Assembly (NCBI GenBank): GCA_015523605.1
Contig: WAKC01000043.1
Coordinates: 47,339 to 111,338 of the forward strand
Source of the DNA: Candidatus Geothermarchaeota archaeon
GTDB lineage: Archaea; Thermoproteota; Nitrososphaeria; Geothermarchaeales; JDFR-13
Length of the DNA stretch: 64,000 bases
Direction of reading: 5' to 3'
This document shows positions 38,706-48,534 of this stretch, one piece after another (positions within the stretch are counted from its first letter, which is position 1; each line of letters starts with the position of its first letter). Under the pieces are notes generated by a model, which was not told where the DNA came from, did no database searches, and saw nothing but the letters and a program-made list of their open reading frames with translations. The position numbers and the translations under genes are program-made.

Positions 38706-39877
38706 GCTGGAGTAGCTATGTAAAGGATGTAACCTCTATTTTAGATGACAAAGTCAAAAGGTTGGGAATTGAAAGGACGGTCAACCATTATGAAGAAGAT
38801 ATCGTTAAGATTTTGGGTGAATATCCAGAGACTCTGGAGCTTGCTAAGGAGGTAAGGAAGATTCGGGAGGAAGCCCTTGATAAGAATGCTTACTTGGTTG
38901 ATAGGCTTGAATCTAAATGTAAAAAGGTTGGTATCGACTTCTATTATGCAAAGTCACCAAGTGACGTCCTTAGATATATTGGTGATCTAATTGGAGGTGG
39001 GAAGACGGTTGTGAAGAGTAAGAGTATGGTTAGTGAGGAGGTAGGTCTCAGAAAATATTTGGAGGATCTGGGTACTGAGGTTTGGGAGACGGATTTGGGA
39101 GAGTTTATACTCCAACTTGCTGATGATACACCTATGCATATTGTAACGCCATCCATCCACTATAGTAAGGAGAGGGTCGCTGAGATATTTTCAAGAAAGT
39201 TTGGTAAGAGGTTTGATCCTAATGATGTGGAGGGTATGGTTAGATTCTTCAGTAGCTTTATGAGGAGAAAATATTTTGAATCGGACTTTGGGATAATAGG
39301 GAGCAACTCTCTTGGGGTGGAGGAGCCTGCATCCCTATTGATTCATAATGAGGGTAATATCACATTGACCTATAACACACCTGATAAGATAGTGGTTTTA
39401 ACAGATATTTTTAAGCTTGTACCGTCAGTAAAGGACTCGATTAAGATTGCTTTGGTTACGAGTAGATATGCGGGGTATAGAATAGCGGGTTACTATGATG
39501 TAATATTTTACAAGTCTCTTGTAGAGAGGGGTAAGGACGTCCACCTAGTTCTTCTCGATGGTGGTAGGAAAAAGATTTTGGAGGAGCGGGAGTTTACAGA
39601 GGCTGCCCTATGTATTAAATGTGGTGCATGCATGTATAAATGCACTGTATACCAATTGATTGGAGGAGTCTTTGGAGGTCCTGCATATCCATCTGGGATA
39701 GGCACTATAATAGCCTCCTTCTTACATGGCGTGGAGAATTTGGTTCCATCTTTATATACATGTCTTTTAGATGGTAGATGTGTAGAGGCATGTCCAATAG
39801 ATATTGATATACCGTCTATGATTGTTAAGCTTAGAGCCTACTATATATCTAGAGCATCCTCTCGATATAATGGATAA
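38702..39877 (+). CDS. lutB: LUD plus 4Fe-4S dicluster protein (LutB-like)
   Basis: VKSKSMVSEE, ETDLGE.I.QL, P.HIV.P.IH, NEGN, CIKCGAC...C, C..D..C...CP. Confidence 0.85.
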   Translation: MSWSSYVKDVTSILDDKVKRLGIERTVNHYEEDIVKILGEYPETLELAKEVRKIREEALDKNAYLVDRLESKCKKVGIDFYYAKSPSDVLRYIGDLIGGGKTVVKSKSMVSEEVGLRKYLEDLGTEVWETDLGEFILQLADDTPMHIVTPSIHYSKERVAEIFSRKFGKRFDPNDVEGMVRFFSSFMRRKYFESDFGIIGSNSLGVEEPASLLIHNEGNITLTYNTPDKIVVLTDIFKLVPSVKDSIKIALVTSRYAGYRIAGYYDVIFYKSLVERGKDVHLVLLDGGRKKILEEREFTEAALCIKCGACMYKCTVYQLIGGVFGGPAYPSGIGTIIASFLHGVENLVPSLYTCLLDGRCVEACPIDIDIPSMIVKLRAYYISRASSRYNG

Positions 39878-40565
39878 CAGTTACTGCAAGGCCCATACCT
39901 ATAAGTACTTGGAACAAGTTATAGAATAGCTCGACATAGGCTGCAGCTCCGAATACTATATACTGGGCGATGAAGTATCCCAGTATCATCTCCATTCCAC
40001 CTATGAACATCGCCATTATATCGGCTGTTCTATCTGGGTTTTTCATAGTTGCATAGAATGTAATTCCCAGCATAACTGTACCTACGGCAAGCCAGAGTAG
40101 TGTTGAGAATGGTAGGATATATGTGGTGTTTAGCAGGGTTACCTCGGCTTCTCCTATATAGTAAGTACTCCCAATAGATATGGCTAGAGCTGCGACTGCG
40201 AAGGAGGCTGTTATACCCATCCATCTTGTAAATCTTATCTTCCTAAGTTTGAAGGCTAGATAGCCCACTATGAATCCTTCTAGTCCCTTGACCACGAATG
40301 TTATGGGTGCGTAAAACTCATAACCTAGAAATACATCGGCTAATGCGGAACCTACTCCACCGGCTATCATACCTACTAATGGCCCTCCAGTTAATGCCGC
40401 TATGTAGACCCCGAATTCTCCAATATTAAAGAATCCGTGGGTGGCTGGGATGTATATCGATATTACTATAGTTGCTAGGAATGTAAATGCTATCATTAAT
40501 GCTGAATATGCGATTTGGAGGGAGCGGTTAGACTCTATTCTTTCCCTTAGAGACATCCCAATCAA
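39849..40565 (-). CDS. ECF transporter S component
   Basis: P.T.GFFN.GE, GGVGSALAD...GY..YAP.T..VKG.EG. Confidence 0.8.
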   Translation of the reverse strand: MIGMSLRERIESNRSLQIAYSALMIAFTFLATIVISIYIPATHGFFNIGEFGVYIAALTGGPLVGMIAGGVGSALADVFLGYEFYAPITFVVKGLEGFIVGYLAFKLRKIRFTRWMGITASFAVAALAISIGSTYYIGEAEVTLLNTTYILPFSTLLWLAVGTVMLGITFYATMKNPDRTADIMAMFIGGMEMILGYFIAQYIVFGAAAYVELFYNLFQVLIGMGLAVTVIHYIERML

Positions 40566-40624
40566 AAATTTATTGATGATATACTGAGGTATATAATTTA
40601 ACCTTTAAGGTTATATCATTTTTT

Positions 40625-40699
40625 GGCCCCCTACTCACACTCACGGAGGCCATAGATACTATGGTCGATGAGGTTGAGTCGGTCAGGGGGGCCACAAAA
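40625..40699 (+). ncRNA. Single-hairpin H/ACA pseudouridylation guide RNA
   Basis: Lower stem GGCCCCCT/GGGGGGCC, pocket strands ACTCAC and CGGTCA, K-turn (CGGA.../...GATGA), apical stem GGCCATAG/CTATGGTC, ACA at 40694-40696 14 nt from the pocket top; GC-rich island in an AT-rich spacer. Confidence 0.85.
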
Positions 40700-40723
40700 G
40701 ATAAAAAAGGAGTTTAGAGGTAG

Positions 40724-41428
40724 TTAGACGAAGAATGTATTGGATTCTCCTGGGTTTAATATTATAACCTTTGTTGAGGTGCTTTCCTCAACTTTACTCT
40801 TGAATTCATTTGGATCTGCTTTGATTACGTCGAAGGTGTTGTAATGCATAGGTATAACATACTCAGGCTTTATCAGTTTAGTGGCCTCTACCGCCTCGTC
40901 TATACCCATTGTAAAGTGGCTACCAATGGGGAGTAGTGCAAGGGTCACATTATAAAGTTTACCTATCAACTCCATACTTGAGAAGACCCCGGTATCACCT
41001 GCATGGTATATAGTGAATCCGGGGAATCTTACTACAAAGCCTGTTGCAGTACCTATACCCATACTTGAATGTGTCGCCTCTACTTGGGTAATTAAGACCT
41101 CGACTCCATTCTTCTTAAACTTCCATGTACCACCTATATTCATACCCACGAAATCTTTGGCGCCACATTTCTCTGCAAGGTGTGAAGCTAATTCGTAGAC
41201 TGCAACTATCTTAGCTTTAGGATTGTTCTTTAGGATTTCGCATGTGTCACCAACATGGTCTTGATGCGCATGGGTGACTAGAATAAGGTCGACATCCTTG
41301 AAATCTCCTGCTTTTTTCGGTGATGCCACTAAGAATGGGTCTATAAGTATCTTCACCTTTCCATCATAGTCTATCTCAAATGCTGCATGTCCAAGCCAAG
41401 TTACTTTAATATCAGCCATAGTTACCAC
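40724..41428 (-). CDS. Metallo-beta-lactamase-fold hydrolase (UPF0173)
   Basis: WLGHA, IDPF, THAHQDH, YHAGDT, PMHYNTF. Confidence 0.9.
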   Translation of the reverse strand: MVTMADIKVTWLGHAAFEIDYDGKVKILIDPFLVASPKKAGDFKDVDLILVTHAHQDHVGDTCEILKNNPKAKIVAVYELASHLAEKCGAKDFVGMNIGGTWKFKKNGVEVLITQVEATHSSMGIGTATGFVVRFPGFTIYHAGDTGVFSSMELIGKLYNVTLALLPIGSHFTMGIDEAVEATKLIKPEYVIPMHYNTFDVIKADPNEFKSKVEESTSTKVIILNPGESNTFFV

Positions 41429-41471
41429 CGTCTCAACATTCTAATATAGGGGGCTATCCATTTAAATTTAT

Positions 41472-41963
41472 TTGGATGTCGAGTATACAGAGGGTGTCTA
41501 TTTTATGTCCAGAATTATCTATGAACGTTCTGCAGGGGCCATCATATTCTATCTCACAGATGATGGTAGAAGGCTTTATCTTCTTCTACATTATCCTAGT
41601 GGGCATTGGGACTTTCCGAAGGGGATTATAGAGCCGGGTGAGGAGGAGTTGGAAACCATTTATAGGGAGGTTTATGAGGAGACCGGTATTCCAAGAGATA
41701 AGTTGATACTTATTGATGGTTTCAGGCGGACGATAAGCTATAAATTCATGAGCCATGGAAATGTCGTTAGTAAGACAGTTATATTCCGGTTGATGCAGTC
41801 TCTAACAATGGATGTAAGGATATCTTGGGAGCATAAGGGATATATATGGCTCGAATATCCTGATGCAGTTAAAAAGGCTACTTATAAATCTGCTAAGAAC
41901 CTCCTTAAGGAGGCTGAACTCCATATAAGGCGGTTGATTAAGGAGGGTAAGATTAGGGTATAG
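41472..41963 (+). CDS. Nudix hydrolase, Ap4A hydrolase-like
   Basis: RSAG, HWDFPKG.IE.GE......REV.EETG, S.EH..Y.W; likely start at ATG 41505. Confidence 0.88.
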   Translation: MDVEYTEGVYFMSRIIYERSAGAIIFYLTDDGRRLYLLLHYPSGHWDFPKGIIEPGEEELETIYREVYEETGIPRDKLILIDGFRRTISYKFMSHGNVVSKTVIFRLMQSLTMDVRISWEHKGYIWLEYPDAVKKATYKSAKNLLKEAELHIRRLIKEGKIRV

Positions 41964-42067
41964 AAGGTAAATACATTATATCCCCAGATATTTATGGGGT
42001 ATATGTTATACAGAGGCTATTTATTAAGGATGTATCTACACTAAATTTTAATGGTGGATTTAAGAAT

Positions 42068-43060
42068 ATGGTTCTAACGGATAGGTTTAACAGGCCTGTT
42101 ATCGGTGCCAGGATAAGTGTAAATAGTAGTTTACGCTGTAATTATAGCTGTATATTCTGCCATAAAGAGGGCATATTTGAAGAGCCCAGATATATGACTC
42201 CTGAGGAGATTGAGCGTGTGGTTAGAGTTCTCCATAGGTTTGGAGTTAGGTATGTAAAGATTACTGGCGGGGAGCCTATGCTTCGTAAAGATATTGTGGA
42301 GATTGTGGCTAGGATAAAATCAGTTGGTATACAAGAAATATCGATGACTACAACTGGATTTAGGCTTGAGAATCTGGCTTGGGATCTTAAAGAGGCTGGT
42401 CTCGACAGAGTTAACATAAGCTTACATAGTCTGAAAAGGGATAGATACTATTTCATTACGAAGATGGATAGACGCGATGAAACTCTTAAGGCTGTTGAAG
42501 CAGCTTTAGATGCTGGGCTTCTACCAATCAAATTGAATATGGTTATCCTTAAAGATGTTAATGAAGATGAAGTTTGGGATATGATTGAATATAGCCATTC
42601 CATAGGAGGTGGTGAGACTAATACGGTACAGTTTATAGAACTTTTAAATGCTGATCCGAACTTCTTCAGGAGACATTTCTATCCCCTCGATAATATCGAG
42701 AAGGAGCTTGAACCTAGGGTTGTGAGGAAGTATAGGCGTAGTCTTCATAATAGGATGGTCTATGTGTTAGACAATGGTGTCCATGTAGAGTTTGTGAAGC
42801 CGATGTGGAATAATGCCTTTTGTATGGGTAATGATAGAATTCGGATTACATATGACGGTAAGTTTAAACCATGCCTAATGAGGAGTGATAATCACGTTGA
42901 CTTCATCACCTATATCAGAGACGGATATGGAGATGAATATATTGCTAAGAAGTTTATAGAGGCTGTATATAATAGAGAGCCTTTCTTCAAAACTGACCGA
43001 GACACTCTTAAAGACTTTAATATTGGTGAACATATAGATAAGACGGTTTGTCCAATATAG
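42068..43060 (+). CDS. moaA: GTP 3',8-cyclase (radical SAM)
   Basis: DRF.R, CNYSCIFC, KITGGEP, RVNISL.S, K.NMV, FIEL; auxiliary motif is C-M-G-N...C. Confidence 0.9.
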   Translation: MVLTDRFNRPVIGARISVNSSLRCNYSCIFCHKEGIFEEPRYMTPEEIERVVRVLHRFGVRYVKITGGEPMLRKDIVEIVARIKSVGIQEISMTTTGFRLENLAWDLKEAGLDRVNISLHSLKRDRYYFITKMDRRDETLKAVEAALDAGLLPIKLNMVILKDVNEDEVWDMIEYSHSIGGGETNTVQFIELLNADPNFFRRHFYPLDNIEKELEPRVVRKYRRSLHNRMVYVLDNGVHVEFVKPMWNNAFCMGNDRIRITYDGKFKPCLMRSDNHVDFITYIRDGYGDEYIAKKFIEAVYNREPFFKTDRDTLKDFNIGEHIDKTVCPI

Positions 43061-43069
43061 ATTAGTGTA

Positions 43070-44323
43070 ATGAGTGGATTGGGTAGTGGTTTTAAAAGGC
43101 TTACGGATGTCGAGACTGCTATAAACAAGTTTCTCATGTATGTAAAACCTGTTGAAGATATTGAAGAGGTTTCTCTAAAGGACTTGGCTGGTAGGGTATT
43201 GGCGGAGGATGTAGTCTCTCCAATTGATGTACCAAATTTTAATAGGAGTGCTATGGATGGCTATGCTGTTCTGAGTTCAGATGTTGTATCAGCCTCTATG
43301 GATAATCCTGTAAGGCTAAAGTTGGTAGGGAGATCCACAACTTCACAGCCATTTAAAGGTGAACTTCATCCTGGTGAGGCTGTTAGAATAGATACAGGTG
43401 CTATAATGCCTGATAATGCTGATGCGGTTGTGATGGTTGAATATGCGAGCGAATCCGGAGGATATGTCGATATTTTCAAGAATGTAGGGAAATATGACAA
43501 TGTTTCTCTTAAGGGTGAGGATATTAAGGAGGGTGAGATTGTAGCACCCAAAGGACGTCTCATTACTCCACATGATTTGATGGCGTTGGCATCATTAAAC
43601 CTAAGTAAGTTCAAGGTTTTTCGGAAGGTTAGAATCGGTATCGCTGCATTCGGTTCCGAACTGGTTGATTCAGATTCTGCTCCAGAAGGTAAGATTAGAG
43701 AAGTTAATAGGGTCTTCTTTTCTAGGGCTTTAGAGGATTATCCGGTAGAGATTAGGGATTATGGGATTTTAGAGGATGATGTCGAGCTTATAAGGGATTT
43801 CCTTATGAAGTCTTCAATGGAGAATGACCTGACCGTCTCATTTGGCGGTACTTCATTGGGGCAGGGTGACTTGGTCCGTGATGCTGTGGAGCGTGTTGGT
43901 GATATTATTATACATGGTGTTGCTCTACAGCCTTCGAAACCTGTCTTACTTGCATTGGTCAATGATAAGCCGTATATTGGGCTTCCCGGTTATCCGGTTG
44001 CTGTAGCTATCTCTACGGATGTATTTGTATATCCAGTGGTTAAGAGATTAGCTGGTATTCATGGAGTTTATATTCCAAGGGTTGTTAGGGGTATGTTGAC
44101 AAGGCGTGTACCCTCTAAAGTGGGTTTAAAACATTATGTGAGAGTTAAGATCAAAGTTAGAGATGAGATATATGTTGAGCCGGTATATGCATCCGGTGCA
44201 GGGATTACCTCAAGTCTCTCTATGGCGGATGGATATCTAGTTATTGATGAGGGTAAGGAGGGTTATGAAGAGGGTGAAGAGGTAGATGTTATGCTGTTTA
44301 GGAGGTTTTTAGAAGATGTCTAA
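43070..44323 (+). CDS. moeA: Molybdopterin molybdo/tungstotransferase
   Basis: P.FNRSAMDGYA, TGA.MP, GGTS.G..D, LPGYP. Confidence 0.92.
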   Translation: MSGLGSGFKRLTDVETAINKFLMYVKPVEDIEEVSLKDLAGRVLAEDVVSPIDVPNFNRSAMDGYAVLSSDVVSASMDNPVRLKLVGRSTTSQPFKGELHPGEAVRIDTGAIMPDNADAVVMVEYASESGGYVDIFKNVGKYDNVSLKGEDIKEGEIVAPKGRLITPHDLMALASLNLSKFKVFRKVRIGIAAFGSELVDSDSAPEGKIREVNRVFFSRALEDYPVEIRDYGILEDDVELIRDFLMKSSMENDLTVSFGGTSLGQGDLVRDAVERVGDIIIHGVALQPSKPVLLALVNDKPYIGLPGYPVAVAISTDVFVYPVVKRLAGIHGVYIPRVVRGMLTRRVPSKVGLKHYVRVKIKVRDEIYVEPVYASGAGITSSLSMADGYLVIDEGKEGYEEGEEVDVMLFRRFLEDV

Positions 44324-46280
44324 GCCGTTATTCAAAGAATTGATAACACCTGATGAAGCTAGAAAAATTCTATATAATTCCTTTGGATTCCAACCCAAAA
44401 CTGAATATATACCTATTGGAGAATGTCTTGGTAGGGTATTGGCCGGAGATATAGTTTCTCCTATTGACCTACCTCCCTATACTAGAAGTCTTCGAGATGG
44501 ATATGCCGTCAAGGCTGAGGATATCGCTCCAGCAAGGGAGGATAGGCCTGTGAAGCTTAAGGTCATAGGTAGTGTGGAGGCCGGCGGCCAATTTAAAGGT
44601 TCTTTAAAGAGTGGTGAGGCCGTTAGGGTGGCGACTGGAGCTCATATTCCCCCTGGAGCTAATACCATCGTGATGGAAGAATATACTAGATATGAAGATG
44701 GATATGTATATGTATATAAGTCTTCTTCACCTGGTGAGTGGATCCAGCACGCCGGTTCAGACGTCTCCAAGGGAGATTTGATATATCGAAGAGGAACTCT
44801 ATTAGGACCTAGAGAAGTCGGTGTCCTGGCTGGACTAGGCTTTGATAAGGTTCCAGTCTATAAAAGACTTAAGGTCGGGATTATAAGTAGTGGCAATGAG
44901 CTGGTTCCGCCTGGTGAGAAATTAAGGTTTGGAGAGATTTATGATGTAAATAGCTACAGCATATCTACTCTTCTAAGAGAAGATGGGTGTGATACATATT
45001 TTTTGGGTATAGCTAGAGACGAGTTCGACTCAATATATGGCAAGATTAAGGAGGCCGTTAAAGATTTTGATGTTGTCGTATTTTCAGGGGCAACCAGTGT
45101 GGGCGTTAAAGATCTTCTCTATGAAGTTCTTACAAGCTTCAGTTCGTTCCAGCCACTATTTTATGGAATACGTATAAAACCTGGTAAACCGACTATAGCC
45201 GCCCTAATAGATGATAAGCTCTTTATTGGACTACCTGGTTTCCCCGTCTCAGGGTTAATGGTATATCTACATATATTCTCCGATGTGATTAGAAAGGTTA
45301 ACGGTCTACCTCCGAGAGGTAGGATATCCATTGAGGCGGTCTCCGGAAGGTTTTTTAAGAGTGTGTTTGGCGTTGAACATTTATATCCAGTCTTTCTGAA
45401 GAGTAGGAAAGGTAACATATATTTCTATCCAATCCATACAGATAGTGGAGCCATCGCCACCTTAAGCCAGAGTGACGGCTTCATAATCATACCCGATGAT
45501 ACTACCTATGTAGATAAAGGTGATAGATATAATGTTGTTCTATTCAGCTTATATAATAAGCCATCTGACCTTATCGTCTATACAAGTCATAGTAGAGTAG
45601 TGGATAACATACTTCATAGATTTGTAGAGGAGAATAATATTGTTCTGAAGAGGATATTCTCCGGTTCAATGGGGGCGCTTCTCGGTGTGAAAGAAGGTTA
45701 TAACGATTTTGGAACGATACATCTTGTAGACGAGAATGGCGAATATAACATTCCATATGTTAAGATGTATGGCGTTGATAATGCAATATTATATCATGGT
45801 TTTTGGAGGGAGATTGGATTTGTAGTTGCCAAGGGCAATCCTTACAGAATCAAAAGTATTAAGGATTTGATTAATAAGGAACTAAAGTTTATCAACCGGC
45901 CATTGGGCTCTGGTATTAGGACGTATCTGGATAATGAGTTGAAACGGTTGGCATCGGAAGAGGGATGTGACTTTAAAGAATTAGTTAGAAAAATAGAGGG
46001 GTATGACACTATAGCTAATACTCATTCTGCGGTTGTCACATCGGTTGAACAGGGATTGTATGACGTTGGTATCGTTGCTAGGGAGGCTATTGAAGGGTAT
46101 AACGTGGATTTTATACCGATACATTGGGAGAGAGTTGACTTTATATTTAATAATGAGACGGTAGATGAAGAGCCTGTAAAGAGGTGGATTGAGTATCTAT
46201 CTTCTGGAGAGGCTAAGAGGTTTCTATCCTCTGTTGATGGAATTAGGGTTGATAATAAATATTTCACTAGGCTAATCTAA
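44316..46280 (+). CDS. moeA: MoeA fused to a periplasmic-binding-protein (LysR-type) domain
   Basis: RS..DGYA, KPGKPT, LPGFP.S; C-terminal GSMG...IHL, INRP.GSG.R, H..V. Confidence 0.9.
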   Translation: MSKPLFKELITPDEARKILYNSFGFQPKTEYIPIGECLGRVLAGDIVSPIDLPPYTRSLRDGYAVKAEDIAPAREDRPVKLKVIGSVEAGGQFKGSLKSGEAVRVATGAHIPPGANTIVMEEYTRYEDGYVYVYKSSSPGEWIQHAGSDVSKGDLIYRRGTLLGPREVGVLAGLGFDKVPVYKRLKVGIISSGNELVPPGEKLRFGEIYDVNSYSISTLLREDGCDTYFLGIARDEFDSIYGKIKEAVKDFDVVVFSGATSVGVKDLLYEVLTSFSSFQPLFYGIRIKPGKPTIAALIDDKLFIGLPGFPVSGLMVYLHIFSDVIRKVNGLPPRGRISIEAVSGRFFKSVFGVEHLYPVFLKSRKGNIYFYPIHTDSGAIATLSQSDGFIIIPDDTTYVDKGDRYNVVLFSLYNKPSDLIVYTSHSRVVDNILHRFVEENNIVLKRIFSGSMGALLGVKEGYNDFGTIHLVDENGEYNIPYVKMYGVDNAILYHGFWREIGFVVAKGNPYRIKSIKDLINKELKFINRPLGSGIRTYLDNELKRLASEEGCDFKELVRKIEGYDTIANTHSAVVTSVEQGLYDVGIVAREAIEGYNVDFIPIHWERVDFIFNNETVDEEPVKRWIEYLSSGEAKRFLSSVDGIRVDNKYFTRLI

Positions 46281-46313
46281 TCATATATAACATGTTATCT
46301 CTAGGGTGGTGGT

Positions 46314-46844
46314 ATGACAAAAAGTTCTAAGGTTATTCCTCTCTTTGTATTACTAGTCTTCATTACTGCTCTGGTCGGGATATTTGTCTCGAATCTGGAG
46401 ACGAAGCCAGGTATCATGGATGAAGACTTCTTAAATCTTATAATTGATAGAAATACAAAACTCAGGAATATAATTCCGAAAAACGACTTTACAATATTGG
46501 TTTTCTTTCGTGCCCAAGCTTTTGAAGATAAGAGTCCATTGGACAGTCTTTTAAAGTTTAAATCTCTAGACCTTACGGCTGAATATGGAATAGTTATGCT
46601 CGGCATTGATGGAGATTACAATTCATATAGAGAGTTTCTAATGAAGAATGCAAAATACTTTCTATCCTTTACATGGCTGTATACCAACAATACAAACTAT
46701 TTTAGATATGTCGAGGAGCCTGGTGAGCTCAATATTTATGTATTCTGGATTGAGGATGGCAATCTTAAATTCGAGTATTTAGGAGCGAATCTCACCGCCA
46801 ATGAAATCAGGGATGGACTTGAGAGGCTGGGATTTATCGAGTGA
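46314..46844 (+). CDS. Membrane-anchored hypothetical protein, possibly a Cys-less thioredoxin-like fold
   Basis: N-terminal TM helix; ILVFF...IVMLGID...FTW pattern; no CxxC. Confidence 0.5.
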   Translation: MTKSSKVIPLFVLLVFITALVGIFVSNLETKPGIMDEDFLNLIIDRNTKLRNIIPKNDFTILVFFRAQAFEDKSPLDSLLKFKSLDLTAEYGIVMLGIDGDYNSYREFLMKNAKYFLSFTWLYTNNTNYFRYVEEPGELNIYVFWIEDGNLKFEYLGANLTANEIRDGLERLGFIE

Positions 46845-47754
46845 CTATAGTGCCGACCCTACCCTTTAACGCCTCTTTAGCCCTATTGAGGCTGGTAATA
46901 ATAGCCTCTCCACCAGAATACTCGACAAATTCTACTACCGCTTCAATCTTAGGCTTTATACTACCCTCTTCAAAATCGTATTCACTAAGTAGATTCCTGA
47001 GTTCATCAACTGTTATCTCCTTTATAGGCGTCATATCCGGCTCTCCATAGTTTAAATATACATAATCCTCACCGGTTAGTATGACGAATCTATCTACCTT
47101 TAGAATCCGGGCTAGCAGCGAACTCGCCTTATCCTTATCTATAACTGCATCTACACCTCTAAATCTACTACCCTCTCTGACTACGGGTATCCCACCCCCT
47201 CCACATGCTATGGTTATCACTCCCGATTCAAACAGCCTCTTAATGACATTCTTTTCAAGTATGTCTATAGGTTCTGGACTCGGCACAACCCTTCTCCAAC
47301 CTTTAGATGTATTCACAAATTTCCAATCCCCATATTTATCCAGCATTTCAACCATCTCATCGAAGGTATAAACCGGGCCTATTGGTTTCTGAGGGTTTTT
47401 GAATGCGGGATCATCCCTATCTACTAGAACATGTGTTATAACTGGGACTGCCTGCTGCTCCCCCCTCGTTACGTTTGATATGGCAAGGGCTAGAACATGT
47501 CCTATAAATCCTTGTGTCTCACTTACAGCTGCATACAATGGATATGGTTTAATATCTTCAGCAGCTAAGTATCTTAGGAGCGTGATCCCAACCTGTGTGC
47601 CATTTCCATGGGTTATTATTATCTGGTCATCGGGTGAGAGTCCCTCTAAAATCTTGCTCATAGTTTTTACTGCATTTTTGTATTGAATCTCGAATGTTGG
47701 TTCTTGATTTGGTTCGAGTAGGGCATTTCCTCCTAGAGCTACCAATATTTTCAT
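46834..47754 (-). CDS. arcC: Carbamate kinase
   Basis: ALGGNA, THGNG.QVG, QG.IG, D..DPAF..P.KPIG, RRVVPSP.P, GGGGIP, AVIDKD. Confidence 0.93.
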   Translation of the reverse strand: MKILVALGGNALLEPNQEPTFEIQYKNAVKTMSKILEGLSPDDQIIITHGNGTQVGITLLRYLAAEDIKPYPLYAAVSETQGFIGHVLALAISNVTRGEQQAVPVITHVLVDRDDPAFKNPQKPIGPVYTFDEMVEMLDKYGDWKFVNTSKGWRRVVPSPEPIDILEKNVIKRLFESGVITIACGGGGIPVVREGSRFRGVDAVIDKDKASSLLARILKVDRFVILTGEDYVYLNYGEPDMTPIKEITVDELRNLLSEYDFEEGSIKPKIEAVVEFVEYSGGEAIITSLNRAKEALKGRVGTIVTR

Positions 47755-47829
47755 GACAATTCAATAGTAAAGCCTTCGGCTCTATTTTAAGGTTTGGTAT
47801 CTAATGGGGGTAAAAATATTTATGTTGGG

Positions 47830-48492
47830 TTATAAAGCAGTTAGTAAGTATAGCACGATGAATGCTGAGGAAGGAGCTAATACGTTATCATCTATCCATT
47901 TATATTCAAAGTGTTCAGCTATACTGGCTACTAATGCGGCTAATATGCCTATCCATCCAATGTAGAAATATGCTATCGGTGCTGATACGATGAACATGGC
48001 TAGGTTTCCTATCCAATGTTTCGTCCTTCTTTTGAAGAGATAGTTTCTAACTATACCTGTGACGGCGTCTCCAAATGCCATAAAGGATATTAGGACTACG
48101 GCGTAGGTCATATCCCCCCATATATAGTAGGATATTGGGAACATTATGCCCCAGACGATGCAGAAGTTGACATCATACATGTTATCTGGTACTTGGAACC
48201 ATTCGTATATCTTCCCTCGTAGATAAGGTATTAGAACTGCTATGGCCAATAGTATTCCTAATACGAAGGGTATCAGGGGTCCCTTGTAGATATATGGGAC
48301 AAGTAGTGCTACCACTCCACCTGCGAATATATGGATAATCTTTCTGTTGTAATATCTCATTCTTCTATCCCCAACCCTATCTACGTACTTCTCGTATAGC
48401 TTCCTTGTGACGACGAAGACTATAACTGATACGTATAGGAGGAGGATTATCGAGGCGACTACCTCTTCCATAGACACTTGGAAGATGCTCAT
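47830..48492 (-). CDS. Dolichol/phytol kinase-like membrane protein
   Basis: RKIIH, FGDA.TG.VR, K.W.G, E...DDN. Confidence 0.75.
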   Translation of the reverse strand: MSIFQVSMEEVVASIILLLYVSVIVFVVTRKLYEKYVDRVGDRRMRYYNRKIIHIFAGGVVALLVPYIYKGPLIPFVLGILLAIAVLIPYLRGKIYEWFQVPDNMYDVNFCIVWGIMFPISYYIWGDMTYAVVLISFMAFGDAVTGIVRNYLFKRRTKHWIGNLAMFIVSAPIAYFYIGWIGILAALVASIAEHFEYKWIDDNVLAPSSAFIVLYLLTAL

Positions 48493-48534
48493 TAAAAATA
48501 TTATATCTCGATATCAGAAATATCTATCGGGCCT

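Noticed and set aside
40573-40588. TTGATGA-TATA-CTGA, a box C/box D-like pair
   Set aside because: Only 4 nt separate the boxes, there are no guides, and it lies in the promoter region; probably chance.
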